DNA of 58,031 nucleotides from Chiloscyllium plagiosum (taxonomy: Eukaryota): positions 7,085,753 through 7,143,783 of the forward strand of contig NC_057758.1 of NCBI RefSeq assembly GCF_004010195.1, written 5' to 3'. Positions 23,916 through 37,522 of this stretch are shown here, piece after piece. Each line of letters begins with the position of its first letter. Position 1 is the first letter of the stretch. The position numbers and the translations under genes are program-made. The notes below the pieces were generated by a model. It was not told the DNA's origin. It ran no database searches and worked only from the letters and a program-made list of their open reading frames with translations.

Positions 23916-26789
23916 GGATGGACAGTGAAGTAGAAAGAGAGACAAATGAAGAAGGTGGTGTATTGCTGCAGACAGATCACTTTACTCAGTGAGCGTCTGT
24001 TGAAATATCAGTGATGTATTTAGCAATGAATGACCTCTCATGGACAGAAGGTGGGAAATGAAGAATGTAAAATTGTGACTGATGAGGGTTAATGGTATGC
24101 AAAGTATGATGTTGTTGTTGCTCGAGTGATAGAGATGTGAAATAGACATAGAGAGAAAGATGGACAGAATATGTGAGAGACAGAATGGATTGAGAGCAAC
24201 CGAGTAAGAGGGCAGTGAGATGGCAGAGACAAATCATAAGACGGAAAGGGAGAGGGGACAGAGAGAGAAAAACAGCTATTGGGAGAGAAAGAGAGAAGGT
24301 CAGTAAGAAAAGGGAAGAGGGACTGTTGCAGAGATCAAGACAGACAGAGCGAGATGGAGGGATACAAATAGTGACCGCAATAAAGAGAGACACTGAGTGA
24401 TTAAAACAGTTGGGGAATAGACCGAGAGACATCGCAAACCTGTGTGTTCACAGCTCTTGATGCGCCACGTGTGATTAGCTGCGTAATGTGACAGTCAGTT
24501 TACACCTCATTGCACCCTGTACCCCATCGACGAGTCTGGCACATTTGAGCCAAAGAGGAATGCGTATGGATAGACACAGCCTGGGCACCTGGACTCCAGC
24601 CCAGGTCACCTCGGGCCTGGAAATGGCAGTGGCGGAATCTGTACAGTTCTGATTCATGTCAGAACAACACTGTTGTTCTCACAGTGAGAGAGAGGGAGAG
24701 AGAGAGAGAGATGGACAGATAAACATAGAGGACTGAAACAGACCGACCAGTCCAACAAGTCCAGACCAAATATAATCCCAAACTGAACTAGTCTCACCTA
24801 ACTGCCACTGTCCCATATTTCCTCCAAATCTTTCTATTTAATATTTCCATCAAAATGTACTTTAAATGTAGTAATTGTACCCCCTTCCACCACTTCATTG
24901 TGAAGTTCATTCCACCCTCAATGTAAGAAAATACTCTCTGATGTCTGCTTTAAATTTATCTCCTCAAAAATGTGCCCTCCAATTCTGGAAATGCCCTACC
25001 TTAGGGAAAGGACAACCACCACCAACTTGATCTACGCCTCTCGTTCTTTGACAAGCTTCATCAGGTCACCCCTCTCAACCTTCTATGCTCCTGTGAAAAA
25101 AGTCCCAACCTATCCACCATTTCCTGATGACTCAACCGTTCCATAGCCAGAACAATCCTGGGAAATCTCCTCTGAACCCCCTTCAACTTGATATCATCCT
25201 TCCAATAACGGGGCGACCAGAACAGCAAACTGTATTCCAAAAAGGCCTCATCGATATTCTGTACAATACCAACATAACATCCTACTTCTTCAACCGAAAG
25301 GACGAAAGAATGAAAGCAAGCATGCCAAATACCATTTTCAACCATCCTGTCCATCTCTGACACAAACTTTAAAGAACAATAAAGTGAATCGGTCGCACTG
25401 TTCTACAACACTACCTAAAGCCCCAGTATTAATTGTACAAGATGTACCCTTACTATTTGTACCACAATACAATAGCTCGCATTTATCCAGAGAGAAGATC
25501 TGTGAGAGAGATCAAGACAGCAGAGATCAAGGAATCGAAATTGAGCAAGAGAAAGAGAGAATCAAGAGACTTGGCAATTGAGAGACAGAAAGGGAAACAG
25601 AAAGATTCAGAGGGAGTGAGAGACAAACAATAATCACATAATTTGTGTCTTGCTGTTGCCTGTCAGGGAGTGTGATGACCGACTTGTCTGGATGGCTGCA
25701 GCTCCAACAATACTTAAACTTGACAATGACTAGGCATGCTTAATTGCTACCACATCCATTCCCTCCACCACGACGAACGTTCAGATTAGATTACATGCAG
25801 TTTCAAAACAGGCCCTTGGGCCCAGCAACTAGAAGAGTAACCCACCCAGACCAATTTCCCTACATTTACCCCTTCAGCTAACACTATGGGCAATTTAGCT
25901 GGCCAATTCACCTACCCTNNNNNNNNNNNNNNNNNNNNNNNNNNNNNNNNNNNNNNNNNNNNNNNNNNNNNNNNNNNNNNNNNNNNNNNNNNNNNNNNNN
26001 NNNNNNNNNNNNNNNNNNNNNNNNNNNNNNNNNNNNNNNNNNNNNNNNNNNNNNNNNNNNNNNNNNNNNNNNNNNNNNNNNNNNNNNNNNNNNNNNNNNN
26101 NNNNNNNNNNNNNNNNNNNNNNNNNNNNNNNNNNNNNNNNNNNNNNNNNNNNNNNNNNNNNNNNNNNNNNNNNNNNNNNNNNNNNNNNNNNNNNNNNNNN
26201 NNNNNNNNNNNNNNNNNNNNNNNNNNNNNNNNNNNNNNNNNNNNNNNNNNNNNNNNNNNNNNNNNNNNNNNNNNNNNNNNNNNNNNNNNNNNTTCCCTCA
26301 ACTGGTTTTGAAACAATGGAATCATTTCTCACAGTGTGTTAGATGTCAGTTCATTGATTAAATTGAAAAGCAGACACAGGCAGAGTTTGAATTACTAGCA
26401 GATTGACAAGTGGAGTTAGGGCTGAAGTGTGATCGGCCATGGTCATATTAAATGGAGGAACAGGCTTGAATTGCAGACACCTGCTCCTCAATCTCAAGTT
26501 CCTTCAATAGTGTGTCGGTGAGATTTCTTCAGCAGTAGCATCAGAGAGCGCAATGGGCAGCGATAGAGTGATAGAGATCTCTAATTGCACAAAGATTAAT
26601 ACTGGTTTGCGCCATACATGTGGAAGCTGAGGTCCAGCAGTTGAAAAGGAACCAGTGTGTACAGGAACCAGTGTAACAGACATAAAGTACAAAATGCTCC
26701 TCTGCATTTGATTAAAATTTTCTCCCCAATACTACCTCCCTGATTAAACTCAGATTAATGTCTCATCAAAAATAAACATTTGTTTCCAC

Positions 26790-27085
26790 ATCTGGCTTGA
26801 CTCAGTGGTTAGCACTGCTGCCTCACAGCACCAGGGACCTGGGTTCAAATCCAGCCTCGGGCGACTGTCTGTGAGAAGTTTTCACGTTCTCCCCGTGTCT
26901 GGGTGGATTTCCTCCCACATTCCCAGATGTGCAGGTCAGGTGAATTAGCCATGATAAATTGCCCATTGTGTTCGAGGCAGTTGTCAGAGGGACATGGATC
27001 TAGGGGTGGGGTGGGGTGGGGTTAGTCTTCGGAGTGTCGGTGTGGACTTCTTGGGAAAAATGGCCTGTTTCAACACTGTAGGGAA
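26790..27085 (+). mobile_element. HE1-type SINE (copy B ~43097-43390)
   Basis: ctcagtggttagcactgctgcctcacagcaccagggacctgggttcaaatcc (A/B boxes), conserved core and CR1-like tail. Confidence 0.9.
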
Positions 27086-27329
27086 TCCAGTCTGAGAAAA
27101 CCTGAGCATCCATGACCTTCAAACGCGACTGTTCCTGGATTTATTGATCTGGATGATTGAACACAGAGGGTTGGCAGGTTGCAAAGCCCCAGTTGGACAA
27201 AGGAATAATGTGCATGCGCTGTGGTGGTGAAGCTCGATGAAATGATTTATTTACAAACAGATAAATATATTCATTTAGCTAAACATCAGAATAGCGTACG
27301 CGCAGGAGGCAGATTGAACCCTCGATTGA

Positions 27330-27516
27330 TTAGCATCACCATTGGCCAATGCGAAACCCTGGAGGACCGGAAGCAAGCTGGTCCTGCAACCAATCTGCGC
27401 TCCCCTATTGCCTGAATGCGGAATTTGGACAAGGAAGCTGCTGATTGGTGCCCAGAGAAGCTGTTGCTGCTCCTCATCTATCTCTGGGCTTCACCCAGAC
27501 TGAACCAACCTCAGGT
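27330..27516 (+). promoter_or_regulatory. Candidate ZNF gene promoter and non-coding exon 1 (copy A)
   Basis: ATTGG/CCAAT at 27341-27350, 27390 and 27444; ETS-like CCGGAAG at 27367; donor cag|gtggg at 27515; lies 4 kb upstream of the ZNF acceptor. Confidence 0.6.
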
Positions 27517-28014
27517 GGGGAAATCATCTGGGAACATTTCATTGTTTTTTTGTTCTTTTCTCATTCGGGGTTAAATTGCTGACATGCAAGAATTGATCAT
27601 TCGGGAAGTGAATCCGGGGAAGGGGACAGTTTCTGGAAAGTGAAATCGAGGTCTCCTGCGGTAAAAGACATCGGTTACTGTTCTGAGGAAGGGTCCGTCG
27701 ACCCGAAAGTGTATACTTTGATTTCTCTCCACTGATGCTGGCAGACCCGTCGAATGTTTCCAGCAATATCTGCGTGAATTTGTGTCAACCTCGACTGACT
27801 CAATTTGGCGCACTCCTTCATCTGGCTGCCAGACTGATTTCATTTCATAATGCTTGCAGTTAAAAAGGGTGATTTCCAGGATAGAGCTGACAAGCGATGA
27901 GGCATTAAATTAATATCAAGTTGAGATATGCCTTGTGTTGTTATACTTTACATAGTTGGAACTATCATTCGAAGACACCATTCACCAGGAGAAAGTGAGG
28001 CTAGCAAATGGTGG

Positions 28015-28490
28015 AACTCAGAGTCGAAAGTATGGAGCTGGAAAACCACAGCAGGTCAGGCAGCAACCGAGGAACAGGAGAATCGACGAGTCAGGCATAA
28101 GCCCCTCATCAAGGACGAGGTTTGTGGGTAGGGGGCTGAGAGATAAATAAAGGGCGTTGGGGCTGGAGGAAGGTGGGTAAGAATGTGAGAGGTCGATGAA
28201 GGTGAGCAAGAAGGTGATAGGTTGGAGAGGAGGGTGGAGTAGATAGATGGGAAAGACAATGGACAGGTCAATAGGGCAGTGCCGAGTTGAAGGCTTGTGA
28301 CTGAGATAACGTGGGGGAGGGGGAAACTGGAGAAATCCATATTAAGTCCGTGTGGTTGCAGGGTCCCAAGTCGGAAGATGAGGCGTTCATACACCAGGCG
28401 TCGGGTAGTTAGACTTTGGCCAAGGAGGAGGCCCAGGATCTGTATCTCCTTGTTCGAGTCTGAGGGGGAGTTGAAGTTTCCAGCCACTGT
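28015..28490 (-). mobile_element. PLE 3' fragment (copy B ~44325-45115, split by a SINE)
   Basis: AGNFNSPSDSNKEIQILGLL...ERLIFRLGTLQPHGLNMDFSSF. Confidence 0.9.
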
Positions 28491-28679
28491 GCAGTCTCAG
28501 GAGTCCATGTGGAATCAGTAGACGGCACTGAGGATGATGATGTGGCTTTGATAGTGAGTCTGCTTCAGGACGTGGCTGAAAGTTTTGTTGCTGAACATCT
28601 CAATTGGCCTCACACTCGTTTAAGGTCCTGCATGTGGTGGTGAGAAGGGGGCTGCGTGGTGTGACCCTGGGAGTTAGTG

Positions 28680-31380
28680 AGCAAACTGGTCAATCTAAGA
28701 CTGGTATAATTGGAAAAAGAAGCAAGTCAAACAGTTAGAGCAGGAAGGAATCAAGCAGAGACCAAGCTGGAATGATAAATTAAACTGCAATTACTTCAAT
28801 GCAAGAGGCCTAAAAGGGAAGGCAGATGAAATCAGCACATGATGAGGAACATAGCGCTGGGATAGCATATCCATTACAGAGACGTGGCTCGGGTATGTTT
28901 TGGGCTGGCAGCTTACAGTTTCAGGANNNNNNNNNNNNNNNNNNNNNNNNNNNNNNNNNGATACTCCTGAGAGTACATCCAGGGATATTATTTAGGTGGA
29001 AGTGAGCAATAAGAAAGGGACGATCACCTTATTGGGGTTGCCATATGGACCTACTAATAATCCTTACAAGCAAATTTGTAAGGAAGTTTCACTTATCTAT
29101 CAGAATAATAGCGTGGTTATGGGAGGGAATTTTAACTTTACAAACATCGACAGGGACTGACATAGTGTTCAGGGTTCTGATGGAGAGGAATTTGTTAAGT
29201 GTGTACAAGAGAACTTCCTGATTCGTTATGTGGCTGTTCCTACTAGAGAATGTGCAAAACCTGACATATTCTTGAGAAATAAGACAGAACCAGTGACTGA
29301 GGTGTCATTGGGGGAGCACTTTCGGGCCATCGACCTTAGTTCCATTAATTTTAAAAGAGTGATGGAAAAGGTTAGACAGGATCCGAAAGCTGAAGGCCTA
29401 AATTGGAGGAAGGCCAGTTTTGACGGTTTTAGGCAAGAACTTCCAAAAGCCGGATGGGGGGACAGATATCTGTAGGTAAAGGGACAGCTGGGAAATGGGA
29501 AGCCTTCAGAAATTAGATGCCGAGAGTCCAGAGGCAGTATATTCCTCTTGGATGAAAGGAAAAGCAGGTAGGTCCAGGGAATGCTGGATGGCTCGAGAAA
29601 AAGCTTTGGCAAGTAGGGTTAAGGAAAATCCAGAGGGTTTTTATAAATACATTAAGGACAAAAAGGTAACAATGGACAGAATAAGGCCCTTGAAAGATCA
29701 GCAAGGCAGTCTTCGTTTGGAGCCGCAGGGAAAAGGGGGAGACATTAAACGCGTATTTTGCATCAGTGTTTACTGTGGAGAAAGAAAATGGAAGATATAG
29801 AATGTGGGGAAATAGATGGTGACATCTTGAAAATTGTCCATATTACAGAGGAGGAGATCGTGGATGTCTTGAAATGCATACAGGTGGATATATCCCCAAC
29901 AACTGATTAGGTGTGCCTTAGAAATTTGGAAAGCTAGGGAAGTGATTACTGGGCGCTTTGCTGAGATATTTGTATCATCAATAGTCACAGGTGAGGTGCC
30001 GGAAGACCAGAGGATGGCTAACGTTGTTCCACTGTTTAAGCAAGTTGGTAAGGCAAAAACCAGGGAACCTGAGATCAGTCAGACTGGCATCAGTGGAAAA
30101 GTATAGACTGATTATGGATAGTCAACATGGGTTTGTGCATGGGATATCATGTCTCACAAACTTAGTTGAGGTTTTTATTGAAGTTACAAAGAGGATTGAT
30201 GAGGGCAGAGCAGTGGGCGTCATCTGTATAGACTTCATAAAGGCGTTCGACAAGGTTCCCCACTGGAGACTGGTTAACAAGTTTAGATCTCATGGAATAC
30301 AGGGGGAACTTGCCATTTGGATACAGAACTGGTTCGAAGAGGGTCGTTGTGGAGGGTTGCTTTTCTGATCAGTATCGTGATCAGTGGAGTGACACAATGA
30401 TCACTGTACGGTCCACTACTTTTCATTATTTATATAAATTATTTGGATGTGAACATGGGAGGCATAATTAGTAAGTTTGCAGCTGACACAAAAATTGGAG
30501 GTGTAGTGGACTGCGAAGAAGATTACCTGAGAGTAAGACAGGATCCTGATGAGATTGGCCAACGTGTTGAGTAGTGACAAATTGAGTTTAATTCAGAAAA
30601 ATGCGAGATGCTGCATTTTGGAAAAGCAAACCATAGCAAGACTTGTCGACTTCATTGTAACTTCCTAGGGAGTGATGTTGAACAAAGAAACCTTGGAGTG
30701 CAGGTTCATAGCTCCTACAAAGTAGAGCCGCAGGTAGACATGATATCGAAAAGGGCTTTCCTTTATTGGTCAAAGCATTGACTATTGGAGTTGGGAGGTT
30801 ATGCTGTGGCTCTACAGGATATTAGTCTTGTCAGGTTTGGAATATTGCATGCAATTTTTGTCACCTTCCTATCGTAAAGATGTTGTGAATCCTGAAACTG
30901 TTCAGAAAAGAGTTATAAGGATGTGCCAACGTTGGTGGGTTTGAGCGATAGGGAGAGGGTGAATAGGCTGCGAATATTTTTCCTGGAGTTTCGGAGGCTG
31001 AGGAGTGAACTTGTAATGGTTTATAAAATCACAAGGCGTATCGATAGGATAAATGGACGAAGGGTGGGGCGGGGGGAGTCCAGAACTAGAGGGGATAGGT
31101 TCAGGCTGAGAGGGGAAAGATATAAATGGGACCTAAGGGGCACCTTTCCACACAGATGGTGGTGTGCACATGGAATGAGCTGCCAGAGGAAGCGGTGGAG
31201 CCCGGTACCGTTGCAGCATTTAAAAGGCGTCTCGACGAGTATATGAGTAGGAAGGGTTTACAGGGATATGGGCTGGGTGCAGGCAAATGAGATTCGTTTC
31301 GGTAAGAATATCTGGTCCGCATGGATGAGTTGGACAGAAAGGTTTGTTTTCACGCTGTACATCTGATCGACTCTATAACA
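28680..31380 (+). mobile_element. Decayed near-complete CR1 ORF2 in the ZNF intron (copy A)
   Basis: Endonuclease start YFNARGLKGKADE; QHGFVHGISCLTNL...IDFIKAFDKVPH; KFAADTK; 3' tail. Many stops and frameshifts. Confidence 0.93.
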
Positions 31381-31539
31381 AACATTCGACCAGGCAGTAT
31401 AAAGGGGGTCCATTCCCAATGCACTAACAGTAACTAGAAACATACCAATCTGCAAGAATGTGCATCACATTGCAAATAATTACTTTTGAAGTTTTATCTT
31501 GCACTGAGGTATTGATGACTTTTTAAACAACTTTTACAG

Positions 31540-31961
31540 GATAATAGAAAGGAAGGATTTGAAGAACGAAATCTGAAATTAACATAAGATCTGAAATCAC
31601 TCGATTTGTCAGCATCTGAACGCTGTGAATCCTTCACCTTGGAGGGAGAAATGCTTCTCTGTTCTCTCAGCTTCAATGGATTTTAAACAAAACATTGCGA
31701 TATTAACGAGCCCGTGTGAGAGTGTGTCACTGCATCGACAGTGAGAAAAGCCGAAAATAGCCTCAGAAGACATTTGCACAATTCACAGCAGAGAGAGACC
31801 ATTCACATGATCTATGTTTGGACGAGGCTTCCACTGATTATTAAACCTGGAGAGGGAATGCGAACAATTTCTGCATGGATAAACCATGGAAATGTTGGCA
31901 CTGCAGGAAGGGATTCTATTACTCACCTGGTCTTGAGACTGATGAGCGTAGACACACGGGG
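31540..31961 (+). pseudogene. C2H2 zinc-finger gene exon, copy A (truncated by N-gap)
   Basis: Acceptor ttttacag|G at 31539/31540; [14 protein letters not shown]...RRHTG from 31875; first finger lacks its first His. Confidence 0.85.
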
Positions 31962-34900
31962 NNNNNNNNNNNNNNNNNNNNNNNNNNNNNNNNNNNNNNN
32001 NNNNNNNNNNNNNNNNNNNNNNNNNNNNNNNNNNNNNNNNNNNNNNNNNNNNNNNNNNNNNNNNNNNNNNNNNNNNNNNNNNNNNNNNNNNNNNNNNNNN
32101 NNNNNNNNNNNNNNNNNNNNNNNNNNNNNNNNNNNNNNNNNNNNNNNNNNNNNNNNNNNNNNNNNNNNNNNNNNNNNNNNNNNNNNNNNNNNNNNNNNNN
32201 NNNNNNNNNNNNNNNNNNNNNNNNNNNNNNNNNNNNNNNNNNNNNNNNNNNNNNNNNNNNNNNNNNNNNNNNNNNNNNNNNNNNNNNNNNNNNNNNNNNN
32301 NNNNNNNNNNNNNNNNNNNNNNNNNNNNNNNNNNNNNNNNNNNNNNNNNNNNNNNNNNNNNNNNNNNNNNNNNNNNNNNNNNNNNNNNNNNNNNNNNNNN
32401 NNNNNNNNNNNNNNNNNNNNNNNNNNNNNNNNNNNNNNNNNNNNNNNNNNNNNNNNNNNNNAGCTGTAACTCTTGCTCAGTGGGGTACACCTATCCCTTT
32501 CCATCACTAAAGTAAACCTGACAAAATTGTGATCGCTGTCTCCAAAGTGCTCACCTACTTTCAAATCTAACACCTGGCCAGGCTCGTTACCCAGCGCTAA
32601 ATCTAAAGTCACTTTGCCCCTTGTAGGCCTGTCTCCATACTGTGTCAGGAAGCCCACCTGCACATACTGGACAAAAACTGACCCATCCATAGTACTCATA
32701 CAGTCGTGATCCCTGTCAATATTATGATAGTTGAAGTCTCCAATGACAACTACCCAATGACAATCAAATCATTGATATAAATGACAAAATGTATTGGATC
32801 CAAAACCTGTTTGTCTCTGTGTTATCTATTTTTAACTGATGTCCTTGGTTGTGAATCAATAAATAACAGTTCCAGGACTGTGTATCCTGTACCATTTTCT
32901 AGCCTTTAAAAAAAGAAAATCATGTCTGAACACTTGCAACAATCGAACAACTTCACTGTCAGGTCTCAAGAGTGGAGCAGGTCAGAAGGATGGCAAATCC
33001 TCCAATAGAGTGGACTCCGGTGTGGGTGAGGAGAGAAATGACATTTCTCTGAAGCCACAGCTCGAAACTTTTCATGAAATCTCATTTCTATTAATTCATT
33101 GGACTTGGGTGGTGCTTTCCTGCCTGATATTTGTCTCCCGTCTCTCGTTGCCCCTCTTGAGAACGTGGGGTGGAGGTAGGGGTGAGCTGTTCCTTGAACC
33201 TCTGCAGACTGTGTCGTGTAGGCAGACCCACAGTAAACAATGAAGGAGGGGATTCCAGGATTTTGATTCAGCAACACTGAAGGAATGGTTGAGATCAGTG
33301 ATACGTCAGTCCTCTTCAAAGATGAAAATAAATTGAGGAATACACTGAGATTGAAGGGGCACACAGCATGTTCCGGGTGTGACACTTCAATGCTCATCAC
33401 ATGAAGAATCTCCATAGAAAAAAAACTGACTGAACAGGCTGACAGACAAAAGGCAGAGCAGTTTGACTACAGAAAGTGAATAGTGTGTCATCAAATGGAA
33501 GCATCTTAAACGAACTGATTCTGAACAAACCTACCTGTCACAGATGGATCTGTCCACAATGGTATTTCTGGTAGAGTCCAGCGCACAGGCATCACAGAAG
33601 TGAATTCCCACCCATCATAAAGATGCCTTCTTAGAATTATGTGGCCATACTACTGGCAAAGTGGGACATGCCGATCAATAATCCAGTAACTAAAACTGAA
33701 CATCCATGAGGCAACCGTGGGCCATCATCACCAGCAATACTGTAGCCAACCACTAACACCTAGCTGAGAAATATGGCTGATTTTCTCCTATTAGAGGGTC
33801 CATCTGTAATTCTTCGCTTCAATCGCTGTCAAAGTTTGGCTATTATGTGCATTCGTAGAGGCTTTCTCTTAAATGCGCAAGTGATTCAAGATCCATGGGA
33901 AAAACAGGTGGGAAAGTGAAACTGAGGATTATTAGCTAAGTCACGATTTTTATTGACAGAGCAGAGTTGTTTGGTTGAATCGTCATCTTGTCCAACACCT
34001 TAATGTCTTGTGTTGGAAAATTATGTTTATGTGGTGATGTGTGACCTGCTGCATAGAGTTTGGACTGTTCATTGGCAGGAAGATTCTGAAAACTGTCGAA
34101 CGGCTAATCACTTGTAGAGGCAGAGGGTGAAGCGTGTGTAGAATGAGCTGCCAGAGGATGTGGTGGAGTCTGGTACAATTACTGCCTTCAAAAAGGCATC
34201 TGGATGGGGACATTAATAGGAAGGGTTTAGAGGGTTATGTGCTAAATGTAGACAAATCGACAGAGATTTATTTAGGAAATCTTGTCGGCATGGATGAAGG
34301 GTGTTTTTTCATGTTGTCAATCTCGATGACTACAGCAGATCTACCAAGAAACCAAGGTGTAAAGGACCAGAGCAATATGAGATAGATTACAATAATGTCA
34401 TGGTCAAGCATTCTTATACAATTCTAGAAAGATCCAATTCATGAACAAAGAGTTTCTGCGAGACTGAGCTGCGTTTGTCCGCAGAATGTCTTTGTGCTCT
34501 TAACCCCTTGGCTGCAGGATGGTGTTTTGACTCTCCCCAGGTTTCTGTACCTGCCAGTATCACTTATCCTCTCATCATTGCTGTCTTTCAAAACGTGACT
34601 GGGAGAGGTTTTCGCAAGTAAATGGGCCAGTTCGTAAGTGGGATGCCTTTGAAGATGAGATGAAAAGAGCCCAGAGACAGTATGTTCTAGTCAGAATGAA
34701 TGGCAACTCTGGTAGGTGGAAGGAATGCTGGAACGCAAGAGAAATTGAGGCTCTGGTCAAGAAAAGGTTGAGGCTTTAGTCAATTACAGACAGCTGAGAT
34801 TGACTGAATCCGAACGGAGTATAACGGAAATCGTAGGATTTCAGGTGGAAAAGCAGGAGGCAAAAAGGGGACATGAGGTTACTTTGGTGAATATGGTAAA

Positions 34901-35808
34901 GGAGAATCCAAAGATATTCCACAAAAACGTTCCCCCGAAAAGTCAACGAGGCCATNNNNNNNNNNNNNNNNNNNNNNNNNNNNNNNNNNNNNNNNNNNNN
35001 NNNNNNNNNNNNNNNNNNNNNNNNNNNNNNNNNNNNNNNNNNNNNNNNNNNNNNNNNNNNNNNNNNNNNNNNNNNNNNNNNNNNNNNNNNNNNNNNNNNN
35101 NNNNNNNNNNNNNNNNNNNNNNNNNNNNNNNNNNNNNNNNNNNNNNNNNNNNNNNNNNNNNNNNNNNNNNNNNNNNNNNNNNNNNNNNNNNNNNNNNNNN
35201 NNNNNNNNNNNNNNNNNNNNNNNNNNNNNNNNNNNNNNNNNNNNNNNNNNNNNNNNNNNNNNNNNNNNNNNNNNNNNNNNNNNNNNNNNNNNNNNNNNNN
35301 NNNNNNNNNNNNNNNNNNNNNNNNNNNNNNNNNNNNNNNNNNNNNNNNNNNNNNNNNNNNNNNNNNNNNNNNNNNNNNNNNNNNNNNNNNNNNNNNNNNN
35401 NNNNNNNNNNNNNNNNNNNNNNNNNNNNNNNNNNNNNNNNNNNNNNNNNNNNNNNNNNNNNNNNNNNNNNNNNNNNNNNNNNNNNNNNNNNNNNNNNNNN
35501 NNNNNNNNNNNNNNNNNNNNNNNNNNNNNNNNNNNNNNNNNNNNNNNNNNNNNNNNNNNNNNNNNNNNNNNNNNNNNNNNNNNNNNNNNNNNNNNNNNNN
35601 NNNNNNNNNNNNNNNNNNNNNNNNNNNNNNNNNNNNNNNNNNNNNNNNNNNNNNNNNNNNNNNNNNNNNNNNNNNNNGGGCTAATGCCCGAAACGTCGAT
35701 TCTCCTGTTCCCTGGATGCTGCCTGACCTGCTGCGCTTTTCCAGCAACACATTTCCAGATTTGAGAGAAAGGAGTCCATTATCGAGTCTAATACAGCCTG
35801 AACCTGCT

Positions 35809-35845
<37 letters not shown>

Positions 35846-37482
35846 TGTGTGTGTGTGTGTGTTTTGTTCAGGTTTCTGTTTCTCCTGTTTGGCTGAAGAG
35901 GGTGTAGGAGATCATTACCTCGGTGCAATTGGTGTTTCATGATGTTGGCAGTATAGATGTAGTATATGAATTAAAGGCTGTTTCCCGTGATGATGTCGGC
36001 TGAGCATCCCACCTTCTATAGCTTCTTACTATCCAAAACAAAGTAGGAGCAATTTGGAATTGCGGTAGTTCTGAATGACTGGAGATGGAGATTTAAAACA
36101 TAGGAAGACGCTGTGGTTTCAGTGAATTTCGCATGCCCTGGGACCACTTTTCAGACGTTACCACAGACTGCGTCTATGTTTGGGGACTGCACAGGATTAT
36201 GAGAATAAAGGCCTTTATTTTACCATCCACTGCCTGGGCCCTGCAGTCACTGAAATCAATTTGTCCAGAGACTTAAATCTTTAAAAGATACACATTTATG
36301 TGCATTTTTGACAGACATGGAGTGCATTATATGGTGGTTCCACTTTATCATCCAACGCTTTATCGGTCAATTTTGGAAGTAGCTGCTGTTGTAAAACAGG
36401 TAGATCGTTGAAGAAGGGATTCAATTCGAGAACAAGAAAACTGACAGATGTGATAACTACAATTTGGGGTTAACACGTTACAAAGAATGAGCAATTGCTC
36501 CCACCTGTGTACATGTGAAAAACCTCATGGAGCTAAGTTTTTCGCATTCGTGAAGCAAAGGTGGTAGTGGAGAACCATCCTTTTAATTCCGATCACATGT
36601 GAATCCGGAAACATAACTGAGAGAAAATTCAGCTGTGAGAAATTTACTCAAAAGCGAGTTGAACAAGTAGCTATGCGATGAAGTACAGGAGAAAAAGAAG
36701 AAAGCGCGTGAGGGAGCTCAGCTGAGTGAAACCCTCAGAGAGCTATGAATGACAGTCCAGTTTGAGTAGTCACTTGCTGGGTTATGAATATCATAATGTG
36801 TTTATCTTGGGGTTCTGATTTGTTTAACTGGATTCGTTAGGTCCAACAGTAGAACAGTGTAAAATACAGGACTCGAACTCATGTTGTAGTTTCACAGTTT
36901 CCAAGTGTGGGTACATTTTTAACTGATAAGCAGAAGGTGGTGACAGCAGATGCTGCAGATTAGAGACGAGAGTGTGGTGCTGGAAAACCACAGTGGGTCA
37001 GGCAGCACACGGGAGCAGGAAGACCGAACAGTGGGTCAGGCAGCACACGGGAGCAGGAAGACCGATGTTTCAGGCAACAGCCCTTCATCAGGAATCTACA
37101 GTGTACAACATTCCATGCAAGGACTGCACAAAACACTATATAGGGCAAACAGGAAGACAGCTAACGATCCGCATCCACGAACTTCAACTAGCCACGAAAC
37201 GACACGACTAGCTATCCCTAGTAGCCACACACGCAGACGACAAGCAACATGAATTTGACTGGGACAACACTACCATTATAGGACAAGCGAAACAAAGAAT
37301 AGCCAGGGAATTCCTAGAAGCATGGCACTCATCCACAAACTCCATCAACAAACACATAGACGTGGACCCAATATACCGGCCACTAGAGCGGACAGCTGAA
37401 ACTGACAACCGGAAGCGGCAGGGACAGGCCACTATAAATGCCGGAGGAAACACCACAGAAACGCTTCACAGGAGGCTCCCAA

Positions 37483-37522
37483 GCACTGAGGATGTCACCT
37501 ACACAGGGGACGAAACGTTTGC
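37483..37522 (+). ncRNA. Minimal type I hammerhead ribozyme motif at a PLE 3' end
   Basis: GCA-CTGAGGA-T-GTCACCT acac AGGGGAC-GAAAC-GTT-TGC: cores intact, helix I GCA/TGC, helix II 6/7 bp. Copy A (21731-21770) has CTGAGGG. Confidence 0.75.

Larger units (their letters stand above)
16060..31961 (+). repeat. Segmental duplication copy A (~16 kb, ZNF-carrying unit)
   Basis: Collinear with 32462-48625 throughout (offset ~16.0-16.7 kb), roughly 95% identity by eye. Paired ORFs appear all along the ORF track. Confidence 0.97.

Noticed and set aside
26790..26860. tRNA gene candidates at SINE heads (also ~9400, 42030-42095, 43097, 44960-45050)
   Set aside because: A/B boxes run into SINE core and tail with no closed cloverleaf.
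32966..33415. 149-aa ORF also seen in copy A
   Set aside because: Frameshifted in copy A and overlapping a dispersed repeat whose reverse complement occurs at ~42250-42400; conservation simply reflects recent duplication.
1241..35750. Long ORFs containing runs of X (e.g. 1241-2137, 31741-32699, 34776-35750)
   Set aside because: Artefacts of N-gaps lacking stop codons.
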